Source: Candidatus Eiseniibacteriota bacterium
GTDB taxonomy: Bacteria; Eisenbacteria; RBG-16-71-46; JABDJR01
Assembly: GCA_963783375.1 (NCBI GenBank)
Contig: CAWANH010000029.1
Span: 1,248,001-1,312,000 of the forward strand
Direction of reading: 5' to 3'
DNA: 64,000 bases
A model generated the notes under the pieces. The model ran no database searches. It was not told the origin of the DNA and saw only the letters and a list, made by a program, of their open reading frames with translations. A program made the translations under genes and the position numbers. This document shows, piece by piece, positions 30,401-40,334 of the stretch (positions are counted from its first letter, which is position 1; every line of letters begins with the position of its first letter).

Positions 30401-30719
30401 AATACCGGGGATCGGCGGGGTTGATCCCACCGAGGCCGTTCGCGCTACCCCCACCCTGGCCCCCGCCGGTTATCCCCTGGGCCTGCTTGATCTCGGTCTC
30501 GTGGGCACTCTCGGCGCTCTCGTAGAACTGCTTGGCGTGATAGAAGGTGTTGAAGTAGGCGCACCCGCCGGTGAGGGCGAAGACGGCGAGCAGGACGACC
30601 CCGAACCCGCCCCGGGTTCCGCGACCCCATCCGAGGCCTCCGCGCCTCACGCCGCCGGCCCTCCGGGCGCCGCGCGGCGACGCGGCGGGGGATGCGGTTT
30701 TCGGGAAGCGGTTCAACAC
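27483..30719 (-). CDS. Large TPR lipoprotein with internal 20-aa tandem repeats and a Pro/Gly-rich tail
   Basis: Lipobox LTGG-C followed by AYFNTFYHAK; multiple TPR_6/BamD-like repeats (YPGSKWQDDARLLMAKAYY, FPKSNKLAEAAYW, AEAQYRIG). Confidence 0.85.
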   Translation of the reverse strand: MLNRFPKTASPAASPRGARRAGGVRRGGLGWGRGTRGGFGVVLLAVFALTGGCAYFNTFYHAKQFYESAESAHETEIKQAQGITGGGQGGGSANGLGGINPADPRYSTRKNASVGRSSDLYSKCIDKCKKVIEDYPGSKWQDDARLLMAKAYYGKGDYISARSELDHFAERFPKSNKLAEAAYWRGLTAFAQEDYPGAQAIWADLIQRYPKYDDRESVEFYVAEALREEELPDRAKAAYQDFLSRYPKGDLAVQARLALGRLLLDDKSYDRASELFTHVATKAPMEEARLEAKLDLGEVLESQDEHEQALKLYQDVEVWLDPNVFNGRISAEEREAIRNEKLKALEQARQDSLLNAQLNPNAKPGGINPATGQYDPNYNPNTQPGGINPATGQYDPNYNPNTQTGGVNPATGQYDPNYNPNTETGGVNPATGQYDPNYNPNTQTGGINPATGQYDPNYNPNTQSGGINPATGVYDPNYTPPNTATGTVNSQTGMTVGSAVAGQQNKQQRQTLLKTDPRYEQLGRVLIKEGQVLAALGRPWDAIQAFEQVIDEYRGTTYAAEAQYRIGYTYEVDLEDFDEAQKAYQAVGSQGRSSFAEDAARRAKSLATVKSLLAEASSDSASTATAAAAQAHFMRAELYLFQQDKPDKALSEYLAIQKDFPGTDHEAKAALAEAWVRMHALADTARGRAKYADVMRRFPDTEYGRRAARILKGPEREPSPEEFNGPSLAELATPENIASVTVRDSLLAAAEAPPPADSLSAPGASAADTSAGTSVGERQRQLLERMRREAPADSSRAQLPPPGGPGGNRAVAILSRDDTRTEPPVLAPGGTPPPTGKPPSVGPGPPGGSPLEAGDDPGRGSANATGGKVDAEPGGAAPGGAPAGGTAAGPPEGLPSKTASPLPAGTTPPVAPAPRDTVPPTPQPPPEDVGRKPLPVGPSGAPLDPMAVPAADGWFPAPGSGDSLRSAESGDGAGTPADSLKGGTQGDGASAPADSLKGGTQEGGAITPAGGGADSLKIEPAETAPDSSKTGGRENAADSLKAVGENGTAPADTTAGDAGKAPPPDTNAGDDGKKAGGK
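29281..29640 (-). repeat. 60-bp coding tandem repeat, 6 copies (GG[IV]NPATGQYDPNYNPNT[QE]x)
   Basis: Consecutive 60-nt lines are nearly identical (gggttgtagttgggatcgtactg...). Confidence 0.97.
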
Positions 30720-31067
30720 CAGGGGGGCCTCTCGGGTTGGGGACCTAGGACTCTACGATACCCGTCCGGGATCGCTCAAGGGAACGGCCGTAACTCCTTC
30801 GATCGGAACCGATTCCAATGCTCCATCCCGCGGAGGAGGGACCGATCCGCCGGCGCGCACTCCACCATGTCCTACTACCCCTTGCGGTGAAAGGAGTTCC
30901 TGCAGGGGGGGCGGGCCGGGAGCCTCTCACCCGGGCCCCGGCGCCGGGGCCGCGGAAGCCGATGCGGGACGCCGGGAGCCAACTTGGCCCGGCCCGGGAG
31001 ACCGGGTATCGTGCAGCGCGTGCACCCGAAACAACGCCTCTCCATCGATCCCGAACCCCGAACACCC

Positions 31068-32123
31068 ATGACCCACGCCCCACGCGAGCCCGCCTGTCAT
31101 CGCCGGACCGTCGCCCTCCCGGCCGCGGCGGCCCTGCCGCTCGTCCTCCTGGGCCTCCTCTTCGCCGGTCCCGCGCGCGCCGAGGACTCCGGAACCCGCG
31201 TGATCCAGGTCTTCCACGACAACGTCATCCACTTCACCCCCGTCGATCCGGGTCGATATGACGTTCCCGGGATCCGGAGCGCGGACAACGGGCGGGTGCT
31301 CATCCGGAGCCTCGATGTCCGTCCCCCCGAGGGCCCGTACCGGATCCTGGCCCGGGTGGAAACCCGCCCCATCCCCATCGACTCGATCGGGGTCACCGAC
31401 CGCTGGGACCGGGCCGGAGACGTTCGCCTGGCCGTGCCCGGCGCCCCCGAGGTGGAGATCGTGAAGTTCGTGACCGCCTACGGCGGGCCCACCGTCCACG
31501 AGGTGGACGTCACCGACCTCGCCCCGCTCCTTCGCGGCCGGTGCGCGTTCAAGGGGTTCATCGACACCTGGGCGTCGCCGGGGTGGCGGATGGACTTCAC
31601 GCTGCGCTTCGTTCCCGACCCCGGGGCGCGGACGCCGGCCTGGGTGGAGCCGGTCCTCTACGAGGAGTCGGTCACCGCCGGGAGCATGGCCGGGGGGCCG
31701 ATCTCCGTGCCGGTGGAGGTGCCCCCGGGCCTCGGCCGGGTCACCCTCCGCTACCTGGTCTCCGGCCACTGCACCGACGGCATCGACGCCGACGAGTTCG
31801 TGAGCAAGACCAACGCGATCTCGGTGGACGGCGCCGATGTCTACCGCTTCAACCCCTGGCGGGACGACTGCCGCCGCTTCCGCGGCGTGAACCCTTACAC
31901 CCGCCACTGGCCCGACGGCACCTGGTCCAGCGACTACTCGCGAAGCGGCTGGTGCCCGGGGGACGTGGTGTCTCCGGTGACCGTGGTCCTCGGCCGGCCC
32001 CTCACCGCCGGAGAGCACGTGATCGGTTTCCGGGTGGAGGACGTCCGCCCGGCGAACGATCATCACGACTTCGGCTACTGGCGAGTGTCGGCGGTGATGG
32101 AGGGATGGCCGACTGGGCCCTGA
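31068..32123 (+). CDS. Secreted peptide-N-glycosidase F-like protein
   Basis: Signal peptide; DRWDRAG, EIVKFVTAYG, VDVTDLAPLL, SGH..DEF, PWRDDC, SRSGWCPG motifs of the PNGase F family. Confidence 0.8.
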   Translation: MTHAPREPACHRRTVALPAAAALPLVLLGLLFAGPARAEDSGTRVIQVFHDNVIHFTPVDPGRYDVPGIRSADNGRVLIRSLDVRPPEGPYRILARVETRPIPIDSIGVTDRWDRAGDVRLAVPGAPEVEIVKFVTAYGGPTVHEVDVTDLAPLLRGRCAFKGFIDTWASPGWRMDFTLRFVPDPGARTPAWVEPVLYEESVTAGSMAGGPISVPVEVPPGLGRVTLRYLVSGHCTDGIDADEFVSKTNAISVDGADVYRFNPWRDDCRRFRGVNPYTRHWPDGTWSSDYSRSGWCPGDVVSPVTVVLGRPLTAGEHVIGFRVEDVRPANDHHDFGYWRVSAVMEGWPTGP

Positions 32124-32189
32124 CCCGGCGGTGTGCTAGAGTTCCAGCACCCCCGGTCGGAAAGGATCCGCTCCGTGACCGTTTCCCGT

Positions 32190-33155
32190 ATGACCCTCGC
32201 GCTCCTCGCGATTGCCCTCGTGTGCGCCCTCGCTGGCCCGGCCTCCGCCCAGCAGGTCGCCGACACCAGCTTCGTGAGCCGGCTCGACCATCCCACCTTC
32301 GCCAAGGGCCAGGGCCCGCGGGTGGTGATCGACGGCGCCCACCACAACTATCACACCGCCGACGGACGCTACTGGCCCTTCGCTGAGCTACTGCGCACCG
32401 ACGGCTACCGGGTGCGCGGCTCCGGCGTCCGGTTCACGCCGGAGGCCCTGAAGGACGCCGACCTCCTGGTGATCGCCAACGCCCTGGCCGCGGAGAACGA
32501 GAGCGGATACGACTGGGTGCTTCCCGTGGCCTCCGCACTCGACTCCGCCGAGGTCGCGGCGGTGGCGGACTGGGTGCGGGGCGGGGGTGCGCTGCTCCTG
32601 ATCGCCGACCACATGCCCTTCCCCGGCGCGGTGAGCCACCTCGCCGAGGCCTTCGACGTCCACCTCATGGACGGCTTCCTATTCGCCGGGCCGGATCTCT
32701 CGGAAGGGACCTTCGATTTCGCGAAGCCGGGGGCGACGGCGCCGGCAGGCGCGTTCGTGGCCGGAACCCTGGCCGATCACCCGATCACCCGAGGCTCCCC
32801 CGCCGGCGAGGCGATTCCTTTCGTGCGGACCTTCACCGGCGAAGGGTTCCGCGTCCCGCCGGACGCGACGAGCCTTCTCACCCTCGGCGAGCCCTCGGCG
32901 GTTCTCTTCCCCGCCGTGGCCTGGCAGTTTTCCAAGCTCACCCCCAACGTCTCGGCCGAAGGGCTCTCCCAGGGGGCGGTGCTGCAGTTCGGCCAGGGCC
33001 GGGTGGCGGTGTTCGGGGAGGCGGCCATGTTCACCGCCCAGCTCGCCGGACCGAACCGCGTGCCGGTCGGGATGAACGATCCGGCCGCGCCCCACAACAA
33101 GCAGTTCCTGTTGAACCTGGTGCACTGGCTGACCGGGACGGCCGCGAAGCGCTGA
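32190..33155 (+). CDS. Secreted DUF4350-like / GATase-fold protein
   Basis: Signal peptide ending ASA-QQ; IDGAHHNYHT, LLVIAN, WVRGGGALLLIADHMPF, GRVAVFGEAAMF. Confidence 0.65.
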   Translation: MTLALLAIALVCALAGPASAQQVADTSFVSRLDHPTFAKGQGPRVVIDGAHHNYHTADGRYWPFAELLRTDGYRVRGSGVRFTPEALKDADLLVIANALAAENESGYDWVLPVASALDSAEVAAVADWVRGGGALLLIADHMPFPGAVSHLAEAFDVHLMDGFLFAGPDLSEGTFDFAKPGATAPAGAFVAGTLADHPITRGSPAGEAIPFVRTFTGEGFRVPPDATSLLTLGEPSAVLFPAVAWQFSKLTPNVSAEGLSQGAVLQFGQGRVAVFGEAAMFTAQLAGPNRVPVGMNDPAAPHNKQFLLNLVHWLTGTAAKR

Positions 33156-33219
33156 GCGGACTCCCGCGCCGGGGCCTCGCGTATCGCCGCCAATCCATCC
33201 CGCCGCGGGACCGCCCGGG

Positions 33220-36200
33220 TCACCGCGCCGAGCGCACCACCACCAACCGGTCGGCGAAGGTCTCCCCCGCGGTCTGGAGTCGGTAGAAGTACACCCCGGT
33301 CGCCGCGGCACGACCGGCGTCGTCCCGGCCGTCCCAGCGGGCGGTGTTGAGGCCCTTGTCCCCTCGGCCGTCGAACACCGTGGTCACGTGCCGGCCGGCG
33401 AGATCGTAGATCTCCACCCGCGCCGGGCCCGCCGCGGCCAGGCTGAAGGTGATGGCGCCCGCCACGCCGCCCCGGAACGGGTTGGGCGCGAAGCCGAGGA
33501 GCGCGGTCACCGGCTTCCCGCCGGGCTGCCCGGGCACCGCGGTGACCGGAAAGCTCGTGGGACAGGGGTCGGCCGGAGTCGATCCGAAATAGGAGAGCAC
33601 CTCGCTCAAGCGCTGCCGGACCGCATCGGTGCCGGCGCAATCGGCGGCGGAGCGGCGCCGGGCCACCGACACCCCGTCCACCACCGTGCGACGGAGCTTG
33701 GTCCCGGAGTCGACCAGGAAGTCGTTGGCGATCGAGGCGTACTCCGCCGAGCCCTTGTCCGGTCCCTCGTAGGTCTCGTCGGGAAGCGGCGATCCGTAGA
33801 CGACGGCGCTCGACGGCCCCATCACGTTGAACTTGTGGAAATCCGGACACCCGTTCCCGGCCGCGACCTGACCGGGCCCCCGTCCCAGGGGTGCCGCGAC
33901 CGGAGGGGTCGCGATCGCGGCCAAACCCATGCACGGCGTGTTGTCGGCCGCGGTGCCCATCGGACAGTTGTAGGAGTGAACCGCGCTGCACACCCAATCG
34001 ACGCCGCAGACCTCGCTCAGAAGGCTCGCCGGAAACGGGTTCCCCGAGGAGGCCGCGGCATAGGCCGTGGACACCAGCCGGTCCCCGCTGAGATAGAGCC
34101 CGGATACCTTGGGAAGCCCGGCCACGGGAAGCGTGAGCCAGGACCGCAACACGACCGCGTCCCCCGCGGTGAGGGCGAAGTAGGTGGTTCCGTTGCCGGT
34201 GTCGAAGAGAATGAACCGGTACTTGGCGAGCTGGTCCAGCGTAGCCCCGTACTTGCTCCCCTGGGGTCTCCCCAGCGAGGCCGAGGCAGGGATGTCCATG
34301 CGGTCCCAGGCCGTTCCCTCGTAGTTCGTCGAGCCGGCGGGGTAATAGCCGGCGAGCCCCCCCTCGATGGTCGACCGGGCGGCGGGGTCCTTGGTGGCGT
34401 TCACATAGAGAACACAGTTGAAGGTGGTGTCGGCGGCCATCGAGGACGGGAGGACCTCCATCTCCAGGGTGTTCCCCCCGGCGGTGTCCGGCACCGTGGA
34501 CCAGGCGTCGTATCCGGGGTAGCTGGGCGAGCTCGGGAGGTAGCGCGCCTTGTAGAAGAGCATCAGCCGCGATCCGGGGGTGAGGAGGTCATCCGGAAAG
34601 ACCTCGTTGGCCAGACGGCTGTTGTGGCCCAGGAGATCGAGGTCCGAGGCGTCGTGATCGGTATCGGAGCCGGTGAAGTTCGGATCCTCCTCGTGGTACG
34701 CGGTCATCCAGATCATGGACGCGTTCGAGGAGGCGGTTCCGTGGGCGCCGTTCTGCTCCGCGGTGTCGATCCGGGCCGAGTACCAGTCCAGCCCGCGCCA
34801 CGCGCCCTCATACCGCTGGTCCCCCAGCCAGGCGCCCAGGGCCGAACCGTCGATGCCGGGACCGGGCGCCACCGCGAACTGGACCCGGACCTCCGCCCCC
34901 CCCAGCGCCCCGCGGACGAGCAGGGTGTCCCCCAGGCTCGAGTTGGCCTCCTCGAAGGTGGTGCGGGTGGCGCGGTCCACCCGCCCCGGCGACGAGAACC
35001 CCAGGGTCCCGTCGGTGGGGAACGCGTCCTGAGGGCCTTCTCCGGCGCTCAAGCTCAGGAGCGGGGCGGAGGGTTCCCCGTATACCCCGAACCGGACGTT
35101 GTCGATGTAAGGGCTGGGGTTCCCCTGGCCGGTGCAGATCCCGGTGAACGAGGCGCAAAAGCTGAACACGCCGATCGCGATCCGGACCTGGGTCGCTTCG
35201 GGTGGGATGAGATCGGTGAGATCCAGGCGGAACGGGTAGTTTCCGCTTCCGTAGCAATCCGGGCCGGATGTGATGTAGAAGTCCCCGGTGCTGACGAACG
35301 GGCTGGCCGGGGACGTTCCGCCTCCGGAGCAGGTGAACGGGGACCATTGCACCTGGACGTCGATGCCGACGCCGTCCTCGAAGAGGAGATCCTGATACCC
35401 TTCGAACTCGATCAGGCGCCCCGGCTTCCCGGCCGCCCCGGCCCGGACGAGATCGATCCAGGGCGAGATCGCCAGGTTGTGCTGGTAGAGGTTGTGTTCG
35501 GGATCCAGTTTGTCCCGGAAGACCAGGACCGAGTCGGCAAGGACGCAGGGGCAGCTCGACTCCGCCGGCGGCAGATCGGCGGAGGCGGCGATGTCGGACC
35601 AGTCCCCTCCCGGGCCCGGCGTGGCCGGGAGCAACCCCCATCCCCCGTCGTCGGACTCGAAGTCCTGGTAGTCGCTCACCCCGCCCCCGAGAATCGAGAC
35701 GTCGTCCACCGCGAACGCGCCGCAGGAGGTGGCGTTCAGGCCGTCCTCATCCGAGTAGCTGGCGTCGGATTCCATGCAGAACCGGAGCGTGAAGGGACCG
35801 GGGCTGCTCCGGAGAGTCGTCCCGGGAACGAGGACCAGCGAGGCGCTTCCGGAGGTGGCGCCGGTATAGCTCGCGAGTTCCAGGTCGGCCGCGGAGCCGT
35901 TCCCGGTGGTGTCCACCCGGACGTACGAGAAATCGTACCCGTCCTCGGTGTCGTTCACGAAATCGTAATCGAAGGTCACGGGGGCGGCCGAGGTCAGGGT
36001 GAACGTCTTTCCCCGGCAGATCCGCCAGCCGTTCCCGTAGCCGGGGCCGGCGGCGGCGTAGCAGAGATCGTTCGCCTCCTCGGCGAGCACGCCGCACCAG
36101 AGCGACGCGTCGCCCCCCAGACCCACCGCGCTGCCCACGCACGGCGATCCCATGAAGTCCGAGACGGTGAGCCGCCGGAAGTAGGTCGCCTCGCTGTAGG

Positions 36201-36588
36201 TCAGATCGGTGCCGACCCAACCTTCCATGGTCGCGTGGAGTTCCTGCCCCGACGGGGCCGGATTCTGGGGGCTTCCGTACTTGAACGGGTTCACCCCGGG
36301 AATCGAGTAGTCGTAGCCCGAGCCGACGCCGGAATCGAAGGTCCAGACGCCCCCGGGGATGGCTTCCCAGCGGACCGAATCCGCCGCCCACACCGTCCCT
36401 CCAAACCATGCGGTGTCCTGGGAGGCGGCGCCGAGGACGCCGGCCGGCGGGGAGGAGTGGATCGTCCGCTCCCCGGCCGCCGCCTCCATCGTGCGGACGT
36501 GCGTGGGGTCGATGACCGGGGGGCGCGCGGCGGCGACGGCGGGGAGGAAGAGACCGATGAGGACGACGGCCGCGTGTCGGTTTGTCAT
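33220..36588 (-). CDS. Large Cys-rich secreted protein with C-terminal FlgD-Ig/T9SS-type sorting domain
   Basis: Signal peptide; DTEDGYDFSYV / ESDASYSDEDG / FAVDDV (immune-inhibitor-A/MAM-like beta domain); C-terminal APNPF...EIYDLAGRHV...WDGRDDAG..A.GVYFYRL. Confidence 0.8.
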   Translation of the reverse strand: MTNRHAAVVLIGLFLPAVAAARPPVIDPTHVRTMEAAAGERTIHSSPPAGVLGAASQDTAWFGGTVWAADSVRWEAIPGGVWTFDSGVGSGYDYSIPGVNPFKYGSPQNPAPSGQELHATMEGWVGTDLTYSEATYFRRLTVSDFMGSPCVGSAVGLGGDASLWCGVLAEEANDLCYAAAGPGYGNGWRICRGKTFTLTSAAPVTFDYDFVNDTEDGYDFSYVRVDTTGNGSAADLELASYTGATSGSASLVLVPGTTLRSSPGPFTLRFCMESDASYSDEDGLNATSCGAFAVDDVSILGGGVSDYQDFESDDGGWGLLPATPGPGGDWSDIAASADLPPAESSCPCVLADSVLVFRDKLDPEHNLYQHNLAISPWIDLVRAGAAGKPGRLIEFEGYQDLLFEDGVGIDVQVQWSPFTCSGGGTSPASPFVSTGDFYITSGPDCYGSGNYPFRLDLTDLIPPEATQVRIAIGVFSFCASFTGICTGQGNPSPYIDNVRFGVYGEPSAPLLSLSAGEGPQDAFPTDGTLGFSSPGRVDRATRTTFEEANSSLGDTLLVRGALGGAEVRVQFAVAPGPGIDGSALGAWLGDQRYEGAWRGLDWYSARIDTAEQNGAHGTASSNASMIWMTAYHEEDPNFTGSDTDHDASDLDLLGHNSRLANEVFPDDLLTPGSRLMLFYKARYLPSSPSYPGYDAWSTVPDTAGGNTLEMEVLPSSMAADTTFNCVLYVNATKDPAARSTIEGGLAGYYPAGSTNYEGTAWDRMDIPASASLGRPQGSKYGATLDQLAKYRFILFDTGNGTTYFALTAGDAVVLRSWLTLPVAGLPKVSGLYLSGDRLVSTAYAAASSGNPFPASLLSEVCGVDWVCSAVHSYNCPMGTAADNTPCMGLAAIATPPVAAPLGRGPGQVAAGNGCPDFHKFNVMGPSSAVVYGSPLPDETYEGPDKGSAEYASIANDFLVDSGTKLRRTVVDGVSVARRRSAADCAGTDAVRQRLSEVLSYFGSTPADPCPTSFPVTAVPGQPGGKPVTALLGFAPNPFRGGVAGAITFSLAAAGPARVEIYDLAGRHVTTVFDGRGDKGLNTARWDGRDDAGRAAATGVYFYRLQTAGETFADRLVVVRSAR

Positions 36589-36955
36589 GTCGAGCCTCCG
36601 GGGTAAGGGAGGGTTGAAAGACGCCAGGGGCCAGGGTCGAAGGGCTCGGGGCCCGAGCGCAGTCCTCTGCCCGGGCCCTTCGGGGGGCGGGGCGGGCCAA
36701 GACCACGACGCCCAAGCCGAGCGCGAGGAGCATGAGGACCGGAACCAGTTGCAGCCTATCCGGATGCATAGCAGGCTCCCAGGGAGAGTTGCTGAAGCAG
36801 GCGGCGGGAGCCCCGTACAGGGGAAGCGCCTACCGGTCTACCAACAAATATATCTGAATTTCATTCGAGTGCAAACACTTGCGACCGGGCAAGTAGAGGA
36901 TGGACGATCTCGGACCCCTGCGGGAGAGATGCCTCGTACGCCCGGCGCGCGTTGG

Positions 36956-39900
36956 TCAGGGGGTCAAGCGGTGGGGGCGCCTTCCGGGGGGAGCGACGCG
37001 CTCGGGCGGGGAGCCGCCGGCCGCATATCCTGGAGCGCCCGCACCTCGAAGGCCCCGAGCGCGGGCGGCCTCGATCCCGCACACCGCCGCCGCCGCCCCG
37101 GGGAGGGTGGTGATGCAGGGAACCCCCTGGGCCATCGCCGCCAGCCGGATGAGCTTCTCGTCCGCCTTGGCCCGGCGCCCCTGGGGGGTGTTGAGGACCA
37201 AGCGCACGGTGCCGCCCTCGATCAGGTCCACCACGTCGGGCTTCCCCTCCCCCGCCTTGTGGACGCTTTCGACCGGCACCCCGTTCATGGCCAGGAACCG
37301 CGCCGTGCCCTCGGTGGCCACCAGGTCGAACCCCATGGTCACGAGCTGCTTGGAGAGGAACACCACCTCGCGCTTGTCGTCGTCGCGCACGCTCAGGAAC
37401 ACGGTGCCGCTCTCGGGGAGCGGCTCCCCCGCTCCCGCCTGCGCCTTGGCGTAGGCTTCCCCGAAGTGCGCGCCGGTCCCCATCACCTCGCCGGTGGATT
37501 TCATCTCGGGACCGAGCAGCGTGTCCTGCCCGGGGAACCGGTCGAAGGGAAGGACCGGCTTCTTCACGCTGATCAGGAACCGGGGCGAGCCGGGATCTCC
37601 GACCGAAGCGTCGCTCGCTTCGGGGAGCGGATCGCCGAAGATCGCGTCCACCGCAAGGTCCACCAGGGGGATCCCCGCCGCCTTGCTCACGAAGGGAACG
37701 GTGCGCGAGGCGCGGGGATTCGCCTCCAGCACGTACACCGTGTCGCCCTTGACCGCGTACTGCACGTTGATCAGCCCCCGGACCCCGAGGGCCCGGGCCA
37801 GGCGGGCGGTGATCTCCTTCAGCTCGTTTTCGCTCTCGCGGCCGATGGAGTACGGCGGGGTGAGGCACGACGAGTCGCCGGAGTGGACCCCGGCCTCCTC
37901 GACGTGCTCCAGCACCGCCCCCACGACCACATTCCGGCCGTCGGAGACCGCGTCCACGTCCAGCTCGACCGCGTCCTCCAGGAACGCGTCCAGGAGCACC
38001 GGCTCCTCCTCGGAGATGCGGATCCCCGCGGCGATCAGCGACTCCAGCTCGTTCCGCCCGTACACCGTCCGCATTCCCCGCCCGCCGAGGACGAAGGACG
38101 GCCGCACCAGGACCGGGTAGCCGATCCGCTCCGCCTCGCGGACGAGGTCCTTCCCCGCGGTGACGATCCGGCTCCGGGGCTGGCTGAGGCCGAGCTTCCG
38201 GACCAGGGAGCGCCAGAAGTCGCGGTTCTCGGCGTCGTCGATGGCCTTCCGCGGGGTGCCGAGGATCGGCCAGCGCGCCTCCTCCACCGCGCGGGCGAGC
38301 TTCAAGGGCGTCTGCCCCCCGAACTGGAGCACCACGCCCCCCGGCCGCTCCTTCTCCAGCACGTTCAGCACGTGCTCGCGGGTGAGCGGCTCGAAGTAGA
38401 GCCGGTCGGAGGTGTCGTAGTCGGTGGAGACGGTCTCGGGGTTCGAGTTCACGAACACCACCGGGCGGCCCTTCCGCCGGATCGCCTTGGCCGCGCGCAC
38501 GCAGCAGTAGTCGAACTCCACCCCCTGCCCGATCCGGTTGGGACCGCTCCCCAGCACCACCACCGCGTCCGCGCCGAGGGGCGCGCCCTCGTCCTCGCGC
38601 TCGTAGGTGGAATAGAAGTACGGGGTCTCGGCGGGAAACTCCGCCGCGCAGGTGTCGACCGCCTTGTAGACCGGCGTCACCCCCAGCCGTTTCCGGAGCG
38701 AGCGGACGTCGTCCTCGGGGAGCCGGAGGAGATGGGCCAGGTGGGCGTCCCCCAGGCCGTGGCGCTTGGCCTCGGTGAGGAGCGCGGCGGCGGCGCTCTC
38801 GTCGTTCTGCGCCAGGAGCGCCGGCAGCTCTACCCGCACCCGCTTCTCGCACCCGACCACCGTGTTCATCCGATCGAGGAACCAGCGATCGATTCCGGTC
38901 GCCCGGGCGAGTTCCTCCGGCGTCCGCCCCCGCCGGAGCGCTTCCAGGAGCTGAAACGGCCGCTTCCAGGTGGGGCGGGCCAGGGTCGCGTCGGCCGCGG
39001 GGTCGGGCGAGCGCGGGACGGCGGCGCCGGTGATGAGCCCCTCCAGATCGTCGATCTCGAGGCTCATGAGCGCCTTCATGTACGCCTCGGGGAAGGTCCG
39101 CCCGATGGCCATGACCTCCCCCACCGACTTCATGCGGGTCCCCAGGGTGTCGTCGGCCTGGGGGAACTTCTCGAAGGCCCAGCGCGGGATCTTCACCACC
39201 ACGTAGTCCAGGGTGGGCTCGAAGCAGGCGGGGGTGACCCGGGTGATGTCGTTCTGGATCTCGTCCAGGGTGTAGCCCACCGCGAGCCGGGCGGCGATCT
39301 TGGCGATGGGAAAGCCGGTGGCCTTGCTGGCCAGGGCGCTGGAGCGCGAGACCCGGGGATTCATCTCGATCACCACGATCCGCCCGTCGCGCGGGTTCAT
39401 GGCGAACTGCACGTTCGAGCCCCCGGTGTCCACCCCCACCGCGCGGAGCACCTCCAGCGCCATGTCCCGGAGCCGCTGGTACTCGCGATCGGTGAGGGTC
39501 TGGATGGGGGCCACGGTCACCGAGTCCCCGGTGTGGACCCCCATGGGATCCACGTTCTCGATCCCGCACACGATGACCGCGTTGTCGTTCCGGTCCCGCA
39601 TGACCTCCAGCTCGAACTCCTTCCAGCCGGTCAGGTCCTCCTCGATCAGCACGGTGTGGACCGGGCTCAGGCGGAGCGCGTCTCTCACGATCCGGGTGAG
39701 CGCTTCGGGGTCTTCCGCGCGGCCGCCCCCCGCCCCGCCCAGGGTGAAGCTCGGGCGGAGGATCACCGGGTAGCCGATCGCCTCGGCCTGTTCCGCGGCC
39801 TCCTCCAGGCTGTGGGCGAAGTGGGAGTTCGGGAGCGGGATGTTCGCGCGCTTCATCGTGTCCCGGAAGAGATCGCGGTCCTCGGCCTTCCGGATCGCCT

Positions 39901-40294
39901 CCAGGCTGGCCCCGATCAGCTCCACCCCCAGCCGTTCGAGAACCCCTTGTTCCGCGAGCTGGACCGCCACGTTCAGCGCGGTCTGCCCGCCCAGGGTCGG
40001 AAGCAGCGCGTCCACCCGCTCCTTCTCCAGGATCTTCGCCACCACGTCGGGGGTGATCGGCTCCAGGTAGGTCCGGTCGGCCACCTCGGGGTCGGTCATG
40101 ATGGTGGCCGGGTTCGAGTTCACCAGCACCACCCGGTAGCCCTCGTCCTTCAGCACCCGGCAGGCCTGGGTCCCGGAGTAGTCGAACTCGCAGGCCTGCC
40201 CGATCACGATGGGGCCGGAGCCGAGGATGAGGAGGGTGGTCGGGCCCGGCTTCCCGTCGCGACGGTGTACCCGGGTACTCGCTTGACTCGTCAC
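36956..40294 (-). CDS. carB: Carbamoyl-phosphate synthase large subunit
   Basis: [70 protein letters not shown] domain. Confidence 0.97.
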   Translation of the reverse strand: MTSQASTRVHRRDGKPGPTTLLILGSGPIVIGQACEFDYSGTQACRVLKDEGYRVVLVNSNPATIMTDPEVADRTYLEPITPDVVAKILEKERVDALLPTLGGQTALNVAVQLAEQGVLERLGVELIGASLEAIRKAEDRDLFRDTMKRANIPLPNSHFAHSLEEAAEQAEAIGYPVILRPSFTLGGAGGGRAEDPEALTRIVRDALRLSPVHTVLIEEDLTGWKEFELEVMRDRNDNAVIVCGIENVDPMGVHTGDSVTVAPIQTLTDREYQRLRDMALEVLRAVGVDTGGSNVQFAMNPRDGRIVVIEMNPRVSRSSALASKATGFPIAKIAARLAVGYTLDEIQNDITRVTPACFEPTLDYVVVKIPRWAFEKFPQADDTLGTRMKSVGEVMAIGRTFPEAYMKALMSLEIDDLEGLITGAAVPRSPDPAADATLARPTWKRPFQLLEALRRGRTPEELARATGIDRWFLDRMNTVVGCEKRVRVELPALLAQNDESAAAALLTEAKRHGLGDAHLAHLLRLPEDDVRSLRKRLGVTPVYKAVDTCAAEFPAETPYFYSTYEREDEGAPLGADAVVVLGSGPNRIGQGVEFDYCCVRAAKAIRRKGRPVVFVNSNPETVSTDYDTSDRLYFEPLTREHVLNVLEKERPGGVVLQFGGQTPLKLARAVEEARWPILGTPRKAIDDAENRDFWRSLVRKLGLSQPRSRIVTAGKDLVREAERIGYPVLVRPSFVLGGRGMRTVYGRNELESLIAAGIRISEEEPVLLDAFLEDAVELDVDAVSDGRNVVVGAVLEHVEEAGVHSGDSSCLTPPYSIGRESENELKEITARLARALGVRGLINVQYAVKGDTVYVLEANPRASRTVPFVSKAAGIPLVDLAVDAIFGDPLPEASDASVGDPGSPRFLISVKKPVLPFDRFPGQDTLLGPEMKSTGEVMGTGAHFGEAYAKAQAGAGEPLPESGTVFLSVRDDDKREVVFLSKQLVTMGFDLVATEGTARFLAMNGVPVESVHKAGEGKPDVVDLIEGGTVRLVLNTPQGRRAKADEKLIRLAAMAQGVPCITTLPGAAAAVCGIEAARARGLRGAGAPGYAAGGSPPERVAPPGRRPHRLTP

Positions 40295-40334
40295 TGGATC
40301 GCGTCCTCGGGGGTGGTTCGGGGTGAGGCCGGCA

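Noticed and set aside
30780-31067. Cobalamin or c-di-AMP riboswitch upstream of the PNGase-like gene
   Set aside because: Only a loose GCCCGGGAGACC resemblance and GC-rich hairpins; the other conserved boxes were not found
36590-36769. Short hydrophobic ORF start (MHPDRLQLVPVLMLLALGLGVVVLA) upstream of the FlgD-CTD gene
   Set aside because: It runs out of frame into the downstream gene, which has its own RBS and signal peptide; not enough support for a real gene or a frameshift
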